Shown here: piece after piece, positions 1-9,476 of the stretch
Numbering within the stretch: the stretch's first letter is position 1
Layout: the number at the start of each line of letters is the position of its first letter
Assembly (NCBI GenBank): GCA_042568575.1
Contig: JBHPIO010000005.1
Location: forward strand, 1-64,000
Direction of reading: 5' to 3'
Length of the DNA: 64,000 bases
From: Patescibacteria group bacterium
Lineage (GTDB): Bacteria > Patescibacteriota > Gracilibacteria > UBA1369 > PNNO01
The notes under the pieces: generated by a model
What the model was told of the DNA's origin: nothing
What the model saw: only the letters and a program-made list of their open reading frames with translations
Database searches by the model: none
Made by a program: the position numbers and the translations under genes

Positions 1-2
1 TA

Positions 3-488
3 GGCACTGTTGATCGTGAGATTGCTGAGGCAAAGAACCAATTGGAAAACCTTGGTTCAAGCGAGACAGTTTCTGCTCAACGCGCAATGGATGCACTCGA
101 AAAGATCAATGCAAATGAAATTTTGTGGTCTGACGTGCTATCTGTCATCGTAAAAGTTGTGCCAAATGATGCAACTGCAAAACAGAAGTTTGTAACTTTC
201 ACTTCGTTTAGTGGTAGTGAAGGTGGGCGTCTGACTTTTAACGGACACACAATCGCTTCAACAAATCTTAGAAAACAGCTTGAAGATATTGCAGATACAA
301 TCGATGCATTTAATGAAGTTTCGGAATTTTCCAATGCTTTCGTACCATCAATTAGTAAGAGTGTGAACGAACAAGAAGAAACAGTACTAAGTATTATTTT
401 CAATTCTAATTATATTCCTCAATCATCAAGTGCTACTGAGCAGCCAGCAGCACCAGCAGACGGTGGCGGGGGAGTTCCACGTTCATAA
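3..488 (+). CDS. PilN-like type IV pilus alignment protein, 5'-truncated by the window edge
   Basis: Frame is open from base 3. It has 'WSDVLSVIVKVVP...LTFNG', resembling the PilN fold, and lies directly before PilO-like and PilC genes. Confidence 0.6.
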   Translation, partial: GTVDREIAEAKNQLENLGSSETVSAQRAMDALEKINANEILWSDVLSVIVKVVPNDATAKQKFVTFTSFSGSEGGRLTFNGHTIASTNLRKQLEDIADTIDAFNEVSEFSNAFVPSISKSVNEQEETVLSIIFNSNYIPQSSSATEQPAAPADGGGGVPRS

Positions 489-508
489 TCAAATTAACTT
501 AAACTAAT

Positions 509-1048
509 ATGGCTACAGCGCAAAATAACTCAAAATTTAAAACCTCAACTCTAATTGGACTCGTTCTGATTGTGGTTGCGGTAGTTGGTATCTTTCTGTT
601 TTTAATGCCTGTTAAAGGGTCTTTCGACGCAGGAGGAACAAATCTGTTACAAAAGCAGACTCAACTTAATGGTCTAAAAACAAAACTTTCAAGTTTGCAG
701 GCAGTTGAGAGTTCATTTAAAGGAAGTGAAGTTACTCAAATAGATGTACTCAACTACGTTCCTGAAAGTATAGAGCAGGGTAATGTAATTAAAGCCTTGG
801 CAAAACTTGCTGACGACAACGAAGTTTCTTTAAATTCATTAAGCTTCTCACTTGGATTAAACAGAGAGCTCGATATTAATACACTTACAGTTACAACAAA
901 TATTTCAGGGAAACATCAAAGTTTAATTGAGTTTATTGAAGGACTTGAAACAAACGGACGAAAATTTAATATCAAGAACCTAAGTGTTCAAACACTTGAG
1001 AACAGACTCGAAAACATAAGCCTTACAATTGAGGCATTTTCACTTTAA
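509..1048 (+). CDS. PilO-like type IV pilus assembly protein
   Basis: N-terminal TM helix, coiled coil and 'ISGKHQSLIEFIEGLETNGRKFNIKNLSV', typical of PilO; operon context agrees. Confidence 0.75.
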   Translation: MATAQNNSKFKTSTLIGLVLIVVAVVGIFLFLMPVKGSFDAGGTNLLQKQTQLNGLKTKLSSLQAVESSFKGSEVTQIDVLNYVPESIEQGNVIKALAKLADDNEVSLNSLSFSLGLNRELDINTLTVTTNISGKHQSLIEFIEGLETNGRKFNIKNLSVQTLENRLENISLTIEAFSL

Positions 1049-1067
1049 GAATCGTAATAACTGACTT

Positions 1068-2303
1068 ATGAATAATCAACCGCTTCCAGAGCAAGCTCCG
1101 GGACATACACAAAAGAAGGATGACGATAAAGTACAGGCTCTTTTAGAGAATATCTCTAGAAAAGGTGCCAAGAAAGTCGACAAAGTTATTTATGGCATTT
1201 ATGACAATACAAATGCATCAGTTTTTACAAAAGTAAATGACCTCATGGTTGATCACACTCGTATAGGGTTAAAGGAGAAATCTTATTTTTTCCATTTAAT
1301 GGCGGTGATGATTGATGCTGGGATTCCAATGCTTCAGACATTGCAGGTTTTAGCACGAAGAACCGAGAATCCTCATTTTCAGAGGATTATAAACACTCTT
1401 GCGCATGCTACTTCTTCAGGTAAATCTCTATCTGATTCGATGGCGCGCTTTTCTGAAGTATTTAATGAATCGGAAATTGGTGTAATCCGTGCCGGTGAAG
1501 CTGCTGGGAATCTTAATAAAATGCTTTTCCGACTATCTGAGCAAATTGAAAAATCACATTCATTGCAAGTTAAACTAATTACTGCGGCAACTTATCCGCT
1601 CGTTATTTTTCTTACATTGATTACGATTGCGATTGGAATGATGATCTGGATTGTACCTACTCTAATTAATCTTTTAAAAGAAGGTGGACTTCCTGAAGAT
1701 CAGTTCCCGACTGCGACTAAAGTGCTTATTGCACTAAGTACGTTCATTAGTTCTTACTGGTGGCTGATTATCCTTGTAGTGGTTATTACTTTATCCTTAT
1801 ATCACGTTTATAGAGGAACACAGGTTGGGAAATTTCAGACTGATTATATGAAACTAAGAATTCCGATTATTGGAAGTTTGGTTAGGAAAGTAATCGTACT
1901 TAGGTTTGTGAGTATGCTTGGAATTTTGATTGAAGCAGGTTTGCCTGTTCTTAAAACTCTTCAAATTATTGGAGGTTCTATTGATAATTCACTTTATCAG
2001 GCAAAAACTTGGGATGTTATTAAAAAGGTTCAGGCCGGAGAAAAGATTTCGGACAATTTGATGGACGCTCCTTTCCTTTTTCCTGAAACAGTTACACAGA
2101 TGCTTTCAATTGGTGAAAGTTCTGCATCGATGGGTTCGATTTCTCAAAAGATCGGAATTCATTTTGACCGTGAAATTGATCATAGTTTAAAAAGACTTAC
2201 TTCTCTTTTTGAACCGTTAATGATTTTATTTGTTGGTATTGTCGTTGCACTACTTGCATTGGCAATCTTAATGCCGATATTTGACTTAACAAGACTTGTA
2301 TAA
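1068..2303 (+). CDS. pilC: Type IV pilus platform protein PilC (T2SS F family)
   Basis: Two T2SSF repeats (AVMIDAGIP...GEAAGNL and ILIEAGLP...IGESSASM) and C-terminal 'EPLMILFVGIVV...MPIF'. Confidence 0.93.
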   Translation: MNNQPLPEQAPGHTQKKDDDKVQALLENISRKGAKKVDKVIYGIYDNTNASVFTKVNDLMVDHTRIGLKEKSYFFHLMAVMIDAGIPMLQTLQVLARRTENPHFQRIINTLAHATSSGKSLSDSMARFSEVFNESEIGVIRAGEAAGNLNKMLFRLSEQIEKSHSLQVKLITAATYPLVIFLTLITIAIGMMIWIVPTLINLLKEGGLPEDQFPTATKVLIALSTFISSYWWLIILVVVITLSLYHVYRGTQVGKFQTDYMKLRIPIIGSLVRKVIVLRFVSMLGILIEAGLPVLKTLQIIGGSIDNSLYQAKTWDVIKKVQAGEKISDNLMDAPFLFPETVTQMLSIGESSASMGSISQKIGIHFDREIDHSLKRLTSLFEPLMILFVGIVVALLALAILMPIFDLTRLV

Positions 2304-2947
2304 TGGACAAGGAATTTATCGCAAAAAAAAAAGGTTTTACTTTAGTTGAAATTTTAGTGGTGCTTGGTATTATTGGCATTATCGTTTTTGTTGGTCTTTC
2401 GAGTTACGGTGTTGTTAGAAAGAAAATGCAGCTTGATATTGCTGCTACCACTGTTCAGTCAATGATTGCCGAAGCGCGTGAGAAAGCACGTGCAGGTTAT
2501 TTTGAAGAGGGCGGTGACGATACAACAAGCGCGACATACTGTTTTGGATTTAATGTTGAAATTGATGGATTTATTAAACTTATGCAAACGCCTTTTAATA
2601 GAATTTCTGAGAATAAGAAGTGTTTTGCTGACACTGAGCCGAGGATTATTAAAGTTGGAACTAACGAGGGAGATATTATTGTGAAGAATATTCAGATGTT
2701 TGGTCAGGATGTTCAATCGAATTATTTTGAGGCATTCTTTTTACCGCCTTATGCGGAAATTGAGCTTGAGCAGGATCAATCTTTGGGTCTTGAGAATCAT
2801 GAAGTTCGAATTATTGTTGGGCGTTCGGATTCTATTTTAAGTGAAAAGCCGCTTGATCATCGTGAGATTATTCTTGATGTGCTTTCAGGAAGCGTGAAGG
2901 CAAAGAGGTATGATCCTGAGCAAGATGTTGAGTCACTTTTTAATTGA
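2303..2947 (+). CDS. Prepilin-type N-terminal cleavage/methylation protein (minor pilin)
   Basis: Class III signal KKKG|FTLVEILVV. Confidence 0.88.
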   Translation: MDKEFIAKKKGFTLVEILVVLGIIGIIVFVGLSSYGVVRKKMQLDIAATTVQSMIAEAREKARAGYFEEGGDDTTSATYCFGFNVEIDGFIKLMQTPFNRISENKKCFADTEPRIIKVGTNEGDIIVKNIQMFGQDVQSNYFEAFFLPPYAEIELEQDQSLGLENHEVRIIVGRSDSILSEKPLDHREIILDVLSGSVKAKRYDPEQDVESLFN

Positions 2948-2952
2948 AAACC

Positions 2953-3630
2953 ATGAAAAAACACACACTAAAAAAAGGGTTTTCTCTTCCAGAAGTGATC
3001 GTTGCGATCTCAATGATCGTTCTTGTTATTGTAACTGCTACAAACTTATTAATAGCTTCTACTAGAGCGAATCGAGGGAATATAAATGACATTGTTGCTT
3101 ACAATCTTGCTCAAGAAGCAGTTGAAGGTATACGAAATATTCGCGACGGGTACTGGCTTCATAACCAGCCGTGGCGAGGCGACAAAAAACTTTTTGGAAG
3201 TAACTTTTTGGCGGATGGTTTTTACACAATTAATATTAATAGGAACTTATATTCTCCACAGTCATGTACTTATGACGATTCGGCGCAATACAGGTTTCCG
3301 TCTTTTATTGAGAGGTATGCACCATGGGAATTAAGGTATTTGGGTTCACCAAATGAAACGATTTTGCTTACGGGCGATGCTCCTAAATTATATTTAACAA
3401 CTGACACTAATAGCGAAGTGAAAAGGTATGAACATAGTTCACTTGGCGGGGAAGAAAGTGGTTTTAGGAGATGGGTTGAAATTGAATCTCTTCCTTATGA
3501 AGGAGCGGATTCTGTTCCGGGGGAATTGAAAATTGCAATAACTGCGGTTGTTGAGTGGGAAGAACTTGGTAGAACACAACGCGTTAGTATTCCTACTATT
3601 TTAACTGATTGGAAATCGGGACCTTTATAA
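2953..3630 (+). CDS. Prepilin-type minor pilin (PilV-like)
   Basis: KKG|FSLPEVIVA and 'AYNLAQEAVEGIRNIRD'. ATG at 2953 preferred over TTG at 2944. Confidence 0.87.
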   Translation: MKKHTLKKGFSLPEVIVAISMIVLVIVTATNLLIASTRANRGNINDIVAYNLAQEAVEGIRNIRDGYWLHNQPWRGDKKLFGSNFLADGFYTININRNLYSPQSCTYDDSAQYRFPSFIERYAPWELRYLGSPNETILLTGDAPKLYLTTDTNSEVKRYEHSSLGGEESGFRRWVEIESLPYEGADSVPGELKIAITAVVEWEELGRTQRVSIPTILTDWKSGPL

Positions 3631-3631
3631 A

Positions 3632-4324
3632 ATGTTTATGAAAAAATTCGCAAAAACACAGAAGGGTTTTACATTGATTGAAGTGCTGGTGGCACTAAGT
3701 ATTTTTGTGATTTTTGTTACTTCGATGTCTACTACTTACTTACATATTGCACGTTCTCAGAGAGAGGCGAATTCTATTCGCGCTATGTACAGTGATCTTC
3801 GGTATGTCATGACTATTCTTAGTGATGAGGCGCGAGCGAAGACTGTTGATTATGCTTGTTATTCGAGTAATGCGCTGGCTGGGTCTTTTTCTACAAAATG
3901 TAATGATGTGAGAGCGAGCGCCGGGAGTGTTGATTATCTTGCTTTGATAGATAGGGCGTCATCGAATCGTACAATTTTTATTGTTGAAGAAAATAACGAA
4001 GACGTGAAAGATCTTAAAGTTTTCAAAGAGCATAAAACTTTTGATAATAATGGACTTGAAACTTGGGTTGCTAATGAAGGTTATACAGCCGGATATCAAC
4101 CTATCGCGCTTGATACTGTTAAGTTAGAAGGTTTAGAGTTCGAAATTGCACCACTGGCAGATCCTTTTGATCCTGACAACGTTGCGTGCGGACCTGTTCA
4201 GTTCCAGCCTTCCGTTACTGTGAATGCTGCTATTTCTGGTGTAACTCCTGATACGGATGATTTCCGTCTTGATATTCAAACTTCTCTTTCTTCTAGAGTA
4301 TATAACCTTAAAACGAATACATGA
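3632..4324 (+). CDS. Prepilin-type minor pilin (PilW-like)
   Basis: QKG|FTLIEVLVAL and C-terminal 'LDIQTSLSSR'. Confidence 0.87.
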   Translation: MFMKKFAKTQKGFTLIEVLVALSIFVIFVTSMSTTYLHIARSQREANSIRAMYSDLRYVMTILSDEARAKTVDYACYSSNALAGSFSTKCNDVRASAGSVDYLALIDRASSNRTIFIVEENNEDVKDLKVFKEHKTFDNNGLETWVANEGYTAGYQPIALDTVKLEGLEFEIAPLADPFDPDNVACGPVQFQPSVTVNAAISGVTPDTDDFRLDIQTSLSSRVYNLKTNT

Positions 4325-5523
4325 TAGACACTACAAAAACACAAAAAGGTAGTGCGCTTATAATTGCTCTTCTTATCATGGGGGTACTAATGACCCTTGC
4401 ACTTGGTTTAAGTGATCTTGTTATCCGAGAAGTCAGAATTACTCAAGATGTTATTAATTCAGGAAAGGCTTACTATGCTGCAGAAGCTGGTATGGAGAGC
4501 GCTTTGCTTGATCTTCATCAACGTCTTCCTGGTTACGAAACTGTAGATAAGGAAAATTGGTTTGAACCTGAAATTGGATTAACCAAACCTGAGCCAGAAC
4601 TTCTTTACACTTATTCGGTAGATAATAGAACAAAAACAATTCCTCACGTTGATACTTCGGTTATTAGCCCTTATGTGGCGGAAGGTGCTCCTGAGAGATA
4701 TCTTTTTAACAAACTTGAACTTAACGAACAGGTTGTACTTCCTTTATTTACTTCAGAAGCAGAGGGAATTGGTACAAATGACGTAACGGCGTTTAGAGTT
4801 GAATATTATATTGATGCTGCAATTGCTCCAAGGTGGCAGGCAAATTATGGCCTTAATAATGTTGATGTTCTTAGATGGAAAATTACTGGTATTAAAACTG
4901 AAGGAATTCCTGCAGAAGCCGGTGAACTTCCAAAGCTTTTAACAGAATCTATTGGTGATTATATTGCTGTACTTCCAAATAGTGATCCAAAGAATCCAAC
5001 ATGTTTTGGAAACAGTCTTGCATACCCTAAAGCGCAAGATGTTGGTGGTATTTCTTACAGTGGAGATTGTCAGGAAAGTCAGTACGGGAAGATTTATGAT
5101 ATTGCACGAAACGCCTATGTTTTAGAGATCACCATTGATCCTGACACAGGAGATCCAGTTGTTGCGACAAAAGCGTACATTGAGAATCCAACTAATCCTG
5201 GGGAAAATCCTCCAATGAAAATCGACCAATTTATAAATGAACATTCGCATAATTATCTTACAATTTCTAATATCTTCAATCCTTCGGTTCTGGAAAATCC
5301 AAACGATTCCCAGATTTACTACAGGATTATAATTCCGAAAGAAGGCGAATATACAATCCGTGATTTCGCCAAAATAACTTCTACGGGACTTGTTCGAAAT
5401 TTACGTCAGCATATCGAAGCATACATCGCTCCTGATCGCTTTATGCCTGTGTTCAACTTCTCATTATATCGAACTGATGTTCGTGGAGACGAGGATAAAG
5501 AAACTCCAGACGGATATTTGTAA
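4321..5523 (+). CDS. PilX-like minor pilin with large C-terminal domain
   Basis: KG|SALIIALL lacking Glu5, plus 'KAYYAAEAGME', the PilX N-terminal pattern. Confidence 0.82.
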   Translation: MIDTTKTQKGSALIIALLIMGVLMTLALGLSDLVIREVRITQDVINSGKAYYAAEAGMESALLDLHQRLPGYETVDKENWFEPEIGLTKPEPELLYTYSVDNRTKTIPHVDTSVISPYVAEGAPERYLFNKLELNEQVVLPLFTSEAEGIGTNDVTAFRVEYYIDAAIAPRWQANYGLNNVDVLRWKITGIKTEGIPAEAGELPKLLTESIGDYIAVLPNSDPKNPTCFGNSLAYPKAQDVGGISYSGDCQESQYGKIYDIARNAYVLEITIDPDTGDPVVATKAYIENPTNPGENPPMKIDQFINEHSHNYLTISNIFNPSVLENPNDSQIYYRIIIPKEGEYTIRDFAKITSTGLVRNLRQHIEAYIAPDRFMPVFNFSLYRTDVRGDEDKETPDGYL

Positions 5524-5595
5524 TAACATAAAGCACCCTTGCACATTTCGCTTCCTCAGTGTTTAATGTAAGGCGTATTTTAACGCACGATTCAA

Positions 5596-7110
5596 ATGTC
5601 ACGATTCTATATAACAACAGCGATTCCTTATGCGAATAGTGTTCCTCATATTGGATTTGCAATGGAAGCAATTCAAACTGATTGTCTGGCGAGGTATCAT
5701 CGATTAATTGGAGATGATACATATTTTCTTACTGGAACGGATGAGCATGGTATGAAAATTGCAGATACGGCAGAAGAAAAAGGGAAAACTCCGCAAGAAC
5801 ATGTTGATGAAATGGTTGCTTTAAATAAGGATCTTAAAGGGATTCTCAATCTTTCTTATGATGATTTTATTCGTACGACATCTGATCGTCACAAATCTGG
5901 GGCACAGGCTCTTTGGAAAAAATTAGTGGAAGCAGGGGATATATATAAGGATACTTATGAAGGATTTTATTGCAGTGGATGTGAAGCGTATGTTACTGAA
6001 AAAGATCTTGTGGATGGGAATTGTCCGACTCACAAAAAACCTGCTGTTAAGTTTTCGGAAGAAAACTATTTCTTCAAACTTTCAAAATATTCTGACAAAG
6101 TTAAAGAATTAATTGAATCTGACACGCTAAAAATTGTTCCTGAGTTTAGGAAGCGTGAGTTTTTAAACATCGTTAAAGACGGACTTACTGATGTTAGCTT
6201 TTCGCGTCCAAAGGATGCTCTAACTTGGGGGATTCCAGTACCGGATGATTCTTCGCAAACTATGTATGTTTGGTGCGATGCCCTTTCAAACTATATAACT
6301 GCGCTTGATTACGAAAATAATGGTGAGCTTTTTGAAAAATACTGGCCGGCGGATGTTCATGTGATTGGAAAGGACATTACACGTTTCCATGCGGGAATTT
6401 GGATCGGAATGCTTCTTTCTGCAGGGCTTGAGATTCCAAAAAGCATTTATATCCATGGATTTATTACATCGGGAGGTCATAAGATGAGTAAATCAATTGG
6501 AAATGTTGTTTCACCGTCTGAGGTGGCTGATAAATATGGAATTGATGCTCTTCGTTACTATCTTCTTCGTGAAATTCCAACTGTAGATGATGGTGATTTT
6601 ACTTATGAACGTTTTGAAGAACTTTATAATGGTGAGCTTGCAAATAATCTTGGGAATTTGGTTAATCGAGTTCTCGCAATGACTGACAGGTATTTTGAAG
6701 GAAAGGTCCCACAAGTAAACGAAAATGATGATGAATTAATTGCAAGAGTTGGGAAGTTTTGGGAAACATACCACTCGCATATGAACAATTTTAATTTGAA
6801 AAAAGCTGTTGAAGAAATTATGTTCCGCGCAGATGATGCGAATCAGTATATTGAAGAAAACAAGCCATGGGCACTTGCTAAAGAAGATGAGAAAAAGCTT
6901 GCAGATGTTCTTTATCATCTTTTGGAAATGCTTCGTCACATTGGGTATGCGCTTTATCCTTTTATGCCTGATGTATCAGAAAAAATCCTTGACGCCTTAT
7001 CATGCAAACCTCTTGTTGAAGATGCTTCAACTGTAGAAAAGTGGGGTGTTCTAAAAGAAGGTGATGCGATTACCAAGTGCGATCAACTTTTTCCTAGACT
7101 CGAAGATTAG
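5596..7110 (+). CDS. metG: Methionine--tRNA ligase (short form without C-terminal tRNA-binding domain)
   Basis: YITTAIPYAN, HIGF (HIGH variant), TGTDEHG, CxxC..CxxH knuckle, YVWCDAL, KMSKS. Confidence 0.97.
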   Translation: MSRFYITTAIPYANSVPHIGFAMEAIQTDCLARYHRLIGDDTYFLTGTDEHGMKIADTAEEKGKTPQEHVDEMVALNKDLKGILNLSYDDFIRTTSDRHKSGAQALWKKLVEAGDIYKDTYEGFYCSGCEAYVTEKDLVDGNCPTHKKPAVKFSEENYFFKLSKYSDKVKELIESDTLKIVPEFRKREFLNIVKDGLTDVSFSRPKDALTWGIPVPDDSSQTMYVWCDALSNYITALDYENNGELFEKYWPADVHVIGKDITRFHAGIWIGMLLSAGLEIPKSIYIHGFITSGGHKMSKSIGNVVSPSEVADKYGIDALRYYLLREIPTVDDGDFTYERFEELYNGELANNLGNLVNRVLAMTDRYFEGKVPQVNENDDELIARVGKFWETYHSHMNNFNLKKAVEEIMFRADDANQYIEENKPWALAKEDEKKLADVLYHLLEMLRHIGYALYPFMPDVSEKILDALSCKPLVEDASTVEKWGVLKEGDAITKCDQLFPRLED

Positions 7111-7628
7111 CCACTTGTTCCAACGACAAGGTTGATAACGTAGCTAACGATAAAGTACGAGAATATTACGACCAGCATTCCAAGTACACCATAAACGAGT
7201 GTGTTTTTGGCGTATTCCATTTGTTGCTGATTTCCTCTGGAAGTTATATACATAAATCCACCAACTGCGATTACGATTACCGCAATTCCACCCGAAAGCA
7301 TTAATAGTGCACCTCCAAGTATTTGAAGGAATGCATTAATTGGTTCAGATGCACTTTCTCCCACACATATTTGTCCGTTTTCATCCCATACTGCTTTTTC
7401 TAGATCTGCCCCTGTTAAAACAACGTACTCTTCTTTTTCAGCATCATATTTAATTGGAATTCCCGTATATTTTTTTATACATTGATCTTTTGTCATCCCT
7501 GCATCAGGAACTCCTGGTGCATTTCCGGGTTTTAAAGTCGGATCGATTCCTCGTTGTGCATGAACAATTGACGTTGAAAGCGCCAGAGCTGCTATTAGAA
7601 TTGTAAATGCAATGAGTTTTTTAATCAT
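7107..7628 (-). CDS. VirB2/TrbC-like (T4SS_pilin family) pilin 5
   Basis: Signal peptide, variable region, then two TM helices around 'GGFMYITSRGNQQQMEYAKNTLVYGVLG'. Confidence 0.75.
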   Translation of the reverse strand: MIKKLIAFTILIAALALSTSIVHAQRGIDPTLKPGNAPGVPDAGMTKDQCIKKYTGIPIKYDAEKEEYVVLTGADLEKAVWDENGQICVGESASEPINAFLQILGGALLMLSGGIAVIVIAVGGFMYITSRGNQQQMEYAKNTLVYGVLGMLVVIFSYFIVSYVINLVVGTSG

Positions 7629-7629
7629 T

Positions 7630-8064
7630 TTAGAATAGTTGAAGTTTTGTTATACCGGTAACAAATGCGAGAACGCTTGCGCACACAAGCATTGCAAAAA
7701 CAGTATACATAAATATTCGTTTTGCATTACTTAAATCTTCATCGCTACCTTGAGACATAAACATAAATACGGCTGCAGCAATAAAAGAAACAAATGCTAA
7801 TATGTTTGCCACAATTAATACAAAATATATGATATTTGCTATTACTTCTTCCGAACTTCCTGAAGGAAGTGCACTTATGTAATCTGTTGTATTCCCGGAC
7901 GTTGTAGGATTTCCCTTATCATCAACTGTATCGAATTTATAAAGGAGATCGCCAGTGTCTACTTTACGTTCTTTAATTTGTGCAAATGCAGTATTAGACA
8001 CTGCTGCAAAGCAAATGATGATTAATAGTACGAGGCCTTTTTGTAATAGTTTTTTTATGTTCAT
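7630..8064 (-). CDS. VirB2/TrbC-like pilin 4
   Basis: Signal peptide (AFA) and TM-'SQGSDEDLSNAKRIFMY'-TM. Confidence 0.68.
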   Translation of the reverse strand: MNIKKLLQKGLVLLIIICFAAVSNTAFAQIKERKVDTGDLLYKFDTVDDKGNPTTSGNTTDYISALPSGSSEEVIANIIYFVLIVANILAFVSFIAAAVFMFMSQGSDEDLSNAKRIFMYTVFAMLVCASVLAFVTGITKLQLF

Positions 8065-8498
8065 TATCTTATTTCTGTAATTTGATAACCTGTAAAGAAT
8101 ACTAATTGGACGATTACATATGAAAGCAAACTAATCACAAGACCAAGTAGTGCAAGCATGATTGTCTTTTTAGCGTTTCCAACTTTTTCTTCGTTTCCAT
8201 AAGCGGTTAGCATCATAATTGCTCCAATAATTACGAAAAGTACTGATGATCCAACAGCAAGTGTGACAACTGTCACTGCTACTCTTGGTAAAAACTGTTC
8301 TTGCAGATATCCGCCAACCTGGCTTACATCAACATCTTTTCCGCCTTGTGGCCCAGGTAATGTTGAAATATCAGGTATTGATGGTGCTTTTGTTTCTGCT
8401 GGTTTGCTTCCTTGAGCAAACACGGTACTAGTTGTTAAAAGCATCATTACTCCAGTGTTGAATAACCAGAAACCTAATTGTTGAATTTTCTTAGACAA
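8064..8498 (-). CDS. VirB2/TrbC-like pilin 3
   Basis: Signal peptide (VFA) and TM-'AYGNEEKVGNAKKTIMLALLGLVISLLSY'. Confidence 0.75.
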   Translation of the reverse strand: MSKKIQQLGFWLFNTGVMMLLTTSTVFAQGSKPAETKAPSIPDISTLPGPQGGKDVDVSQVGGYLQEQFLPRVAVTVVTLAVGSSVLFVIIGAIMMLTAYGNEEKVGNAKKTIMLALLGLVISLLSYVIVQLVFFTGYQITEIR

Positions 8499-9018
8499 AG
8501 AAAGTCGGGTTAATCGTATATAGAATAATTCCTGATAAAAATAGAATAACCAGTCCTAGAAGAGACTGCATAATACGTGTTTTGTGTTTATCCATACTGC
8601 CTCCTTCACCGCTGGCCATAATTCCGATTCCACTATAAACAATTGTAAAAACAGAAATAATACCAATTGTTCCTGCTGCCCATTTATAAATCATACCAAC
8701 ATATGAGTATACTAATTCTGCTCCGGAGTCTGCTCGTAGCACTTGAATTCGCTGACAATCAAAATCTGATGCTGAAATTGCTTCGCATTTGGTTTGGATT
8801 TTACAAACTCTGTTAGCTTGAACTTTTTTCTCACAAACTCTAAAGCATGGCCTTGAATTATCTGTTACTTCCATCGAAACTACTTCTTCAAGAATAACGA
8901 AAAAACCCGATTCTGAAGTTGAAACCTCTTCACATGTAAATGCTTTCGCAAAAACCGGAACTGTAAAGAAGCTAAAAATGAAACACGAACTAATTATTAA
9001 AGAAATGATTTTTTTCAT
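8491..9018 (-). CDS. VirB2/TrbC-like pilin 2 with Cys-rich variable region
   Basis: Signal peptide, six Cys in the mature N-region and TM-'ASGEGGSMDKHKTRIMQSLLGL...ILYTINPTFF'. Confidence 0.72.
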   Translation of the reverse strand: MKKIISLIISSCFIFSFFTVPVFAKAFTCEEVSTSESGFFVILEEVVSMEVTDNSRPCFRVCEKKVQANRVCKIQTKCEAISASDFDCQRIQVLRADSGAELVYSYVGMIYKWAAGTIGIISVFTIVYSGIGIMASGEGGSMDKHKTRIMQSLLGLVILFLSGIILYTINPTFFV

Positions 9019-9024
9019 GAGTAT

Positions 9025-9471
9025 TTATGCCGTGTAAAAGAGTGATTGAACAAAAGTAACTATAATTAGCGATAGGAACGCAACAATGAGTCCGATTGCG
9101 GCCCATAAAATGATTTGTTTACCTTTTTGTTGCATATTACTGCTTCCATGGGAGACCATTAGTACAATCCCTCCCGCAATTATGAAAAGAAGCGCAAATG
9201 AGCCAATAACGTAAGTTAATAACTTAATTAGTTTAATAATGAAATCTTCAAGTGCACCTTGTTTCTTTGATTCATCTTCAAGATACGTTTGTCCGCCATC
9301 TATCTTTAGATACTTTGAAACTTCAAAGCTTGAAGATGTTCCTTCAAAGGGTTCTTTATCGTCTGCTGCATAAACATTTGGAATATTTAATGCACCAATA
9401 AAAAGACACATAGCCATAATGAGCACTATTAACTTTGAAACGTAACTTATAGCTTGTGTATTCATATTCAC
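9025..9471 (-). CDS. VirB2/TrbC-like pilin 1
   Basis: Signal peptide (VYA) and TM-'GGIVLMVSHGSSNMQQKGKQIILWAAIGL'. Confidence 0.75.
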   Translation of the reverse strand: MNMNTQAISYVSKLIVLIMAMCLFIGALNIPNVYAADDKEPFEGTSSSFEVSKYLKIDGGQTYLEDESKKQGALEDFIIKLIKLLTYVIGSFALLFIIAGGIVLMVSHGSSNMQQKGKQIILWAAIGLIVAFLSLIIVTFVQSLFYTA

Positions 9472-9476
9472 TCTTG

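Noticed and set aside
2323-2332. A10 tract at the start of a prepilin gene as a phase-variation switch
   Set aside because: It is in frame and encodes the required basic KKK signal. A-runs are common in this AT-rich sequence.
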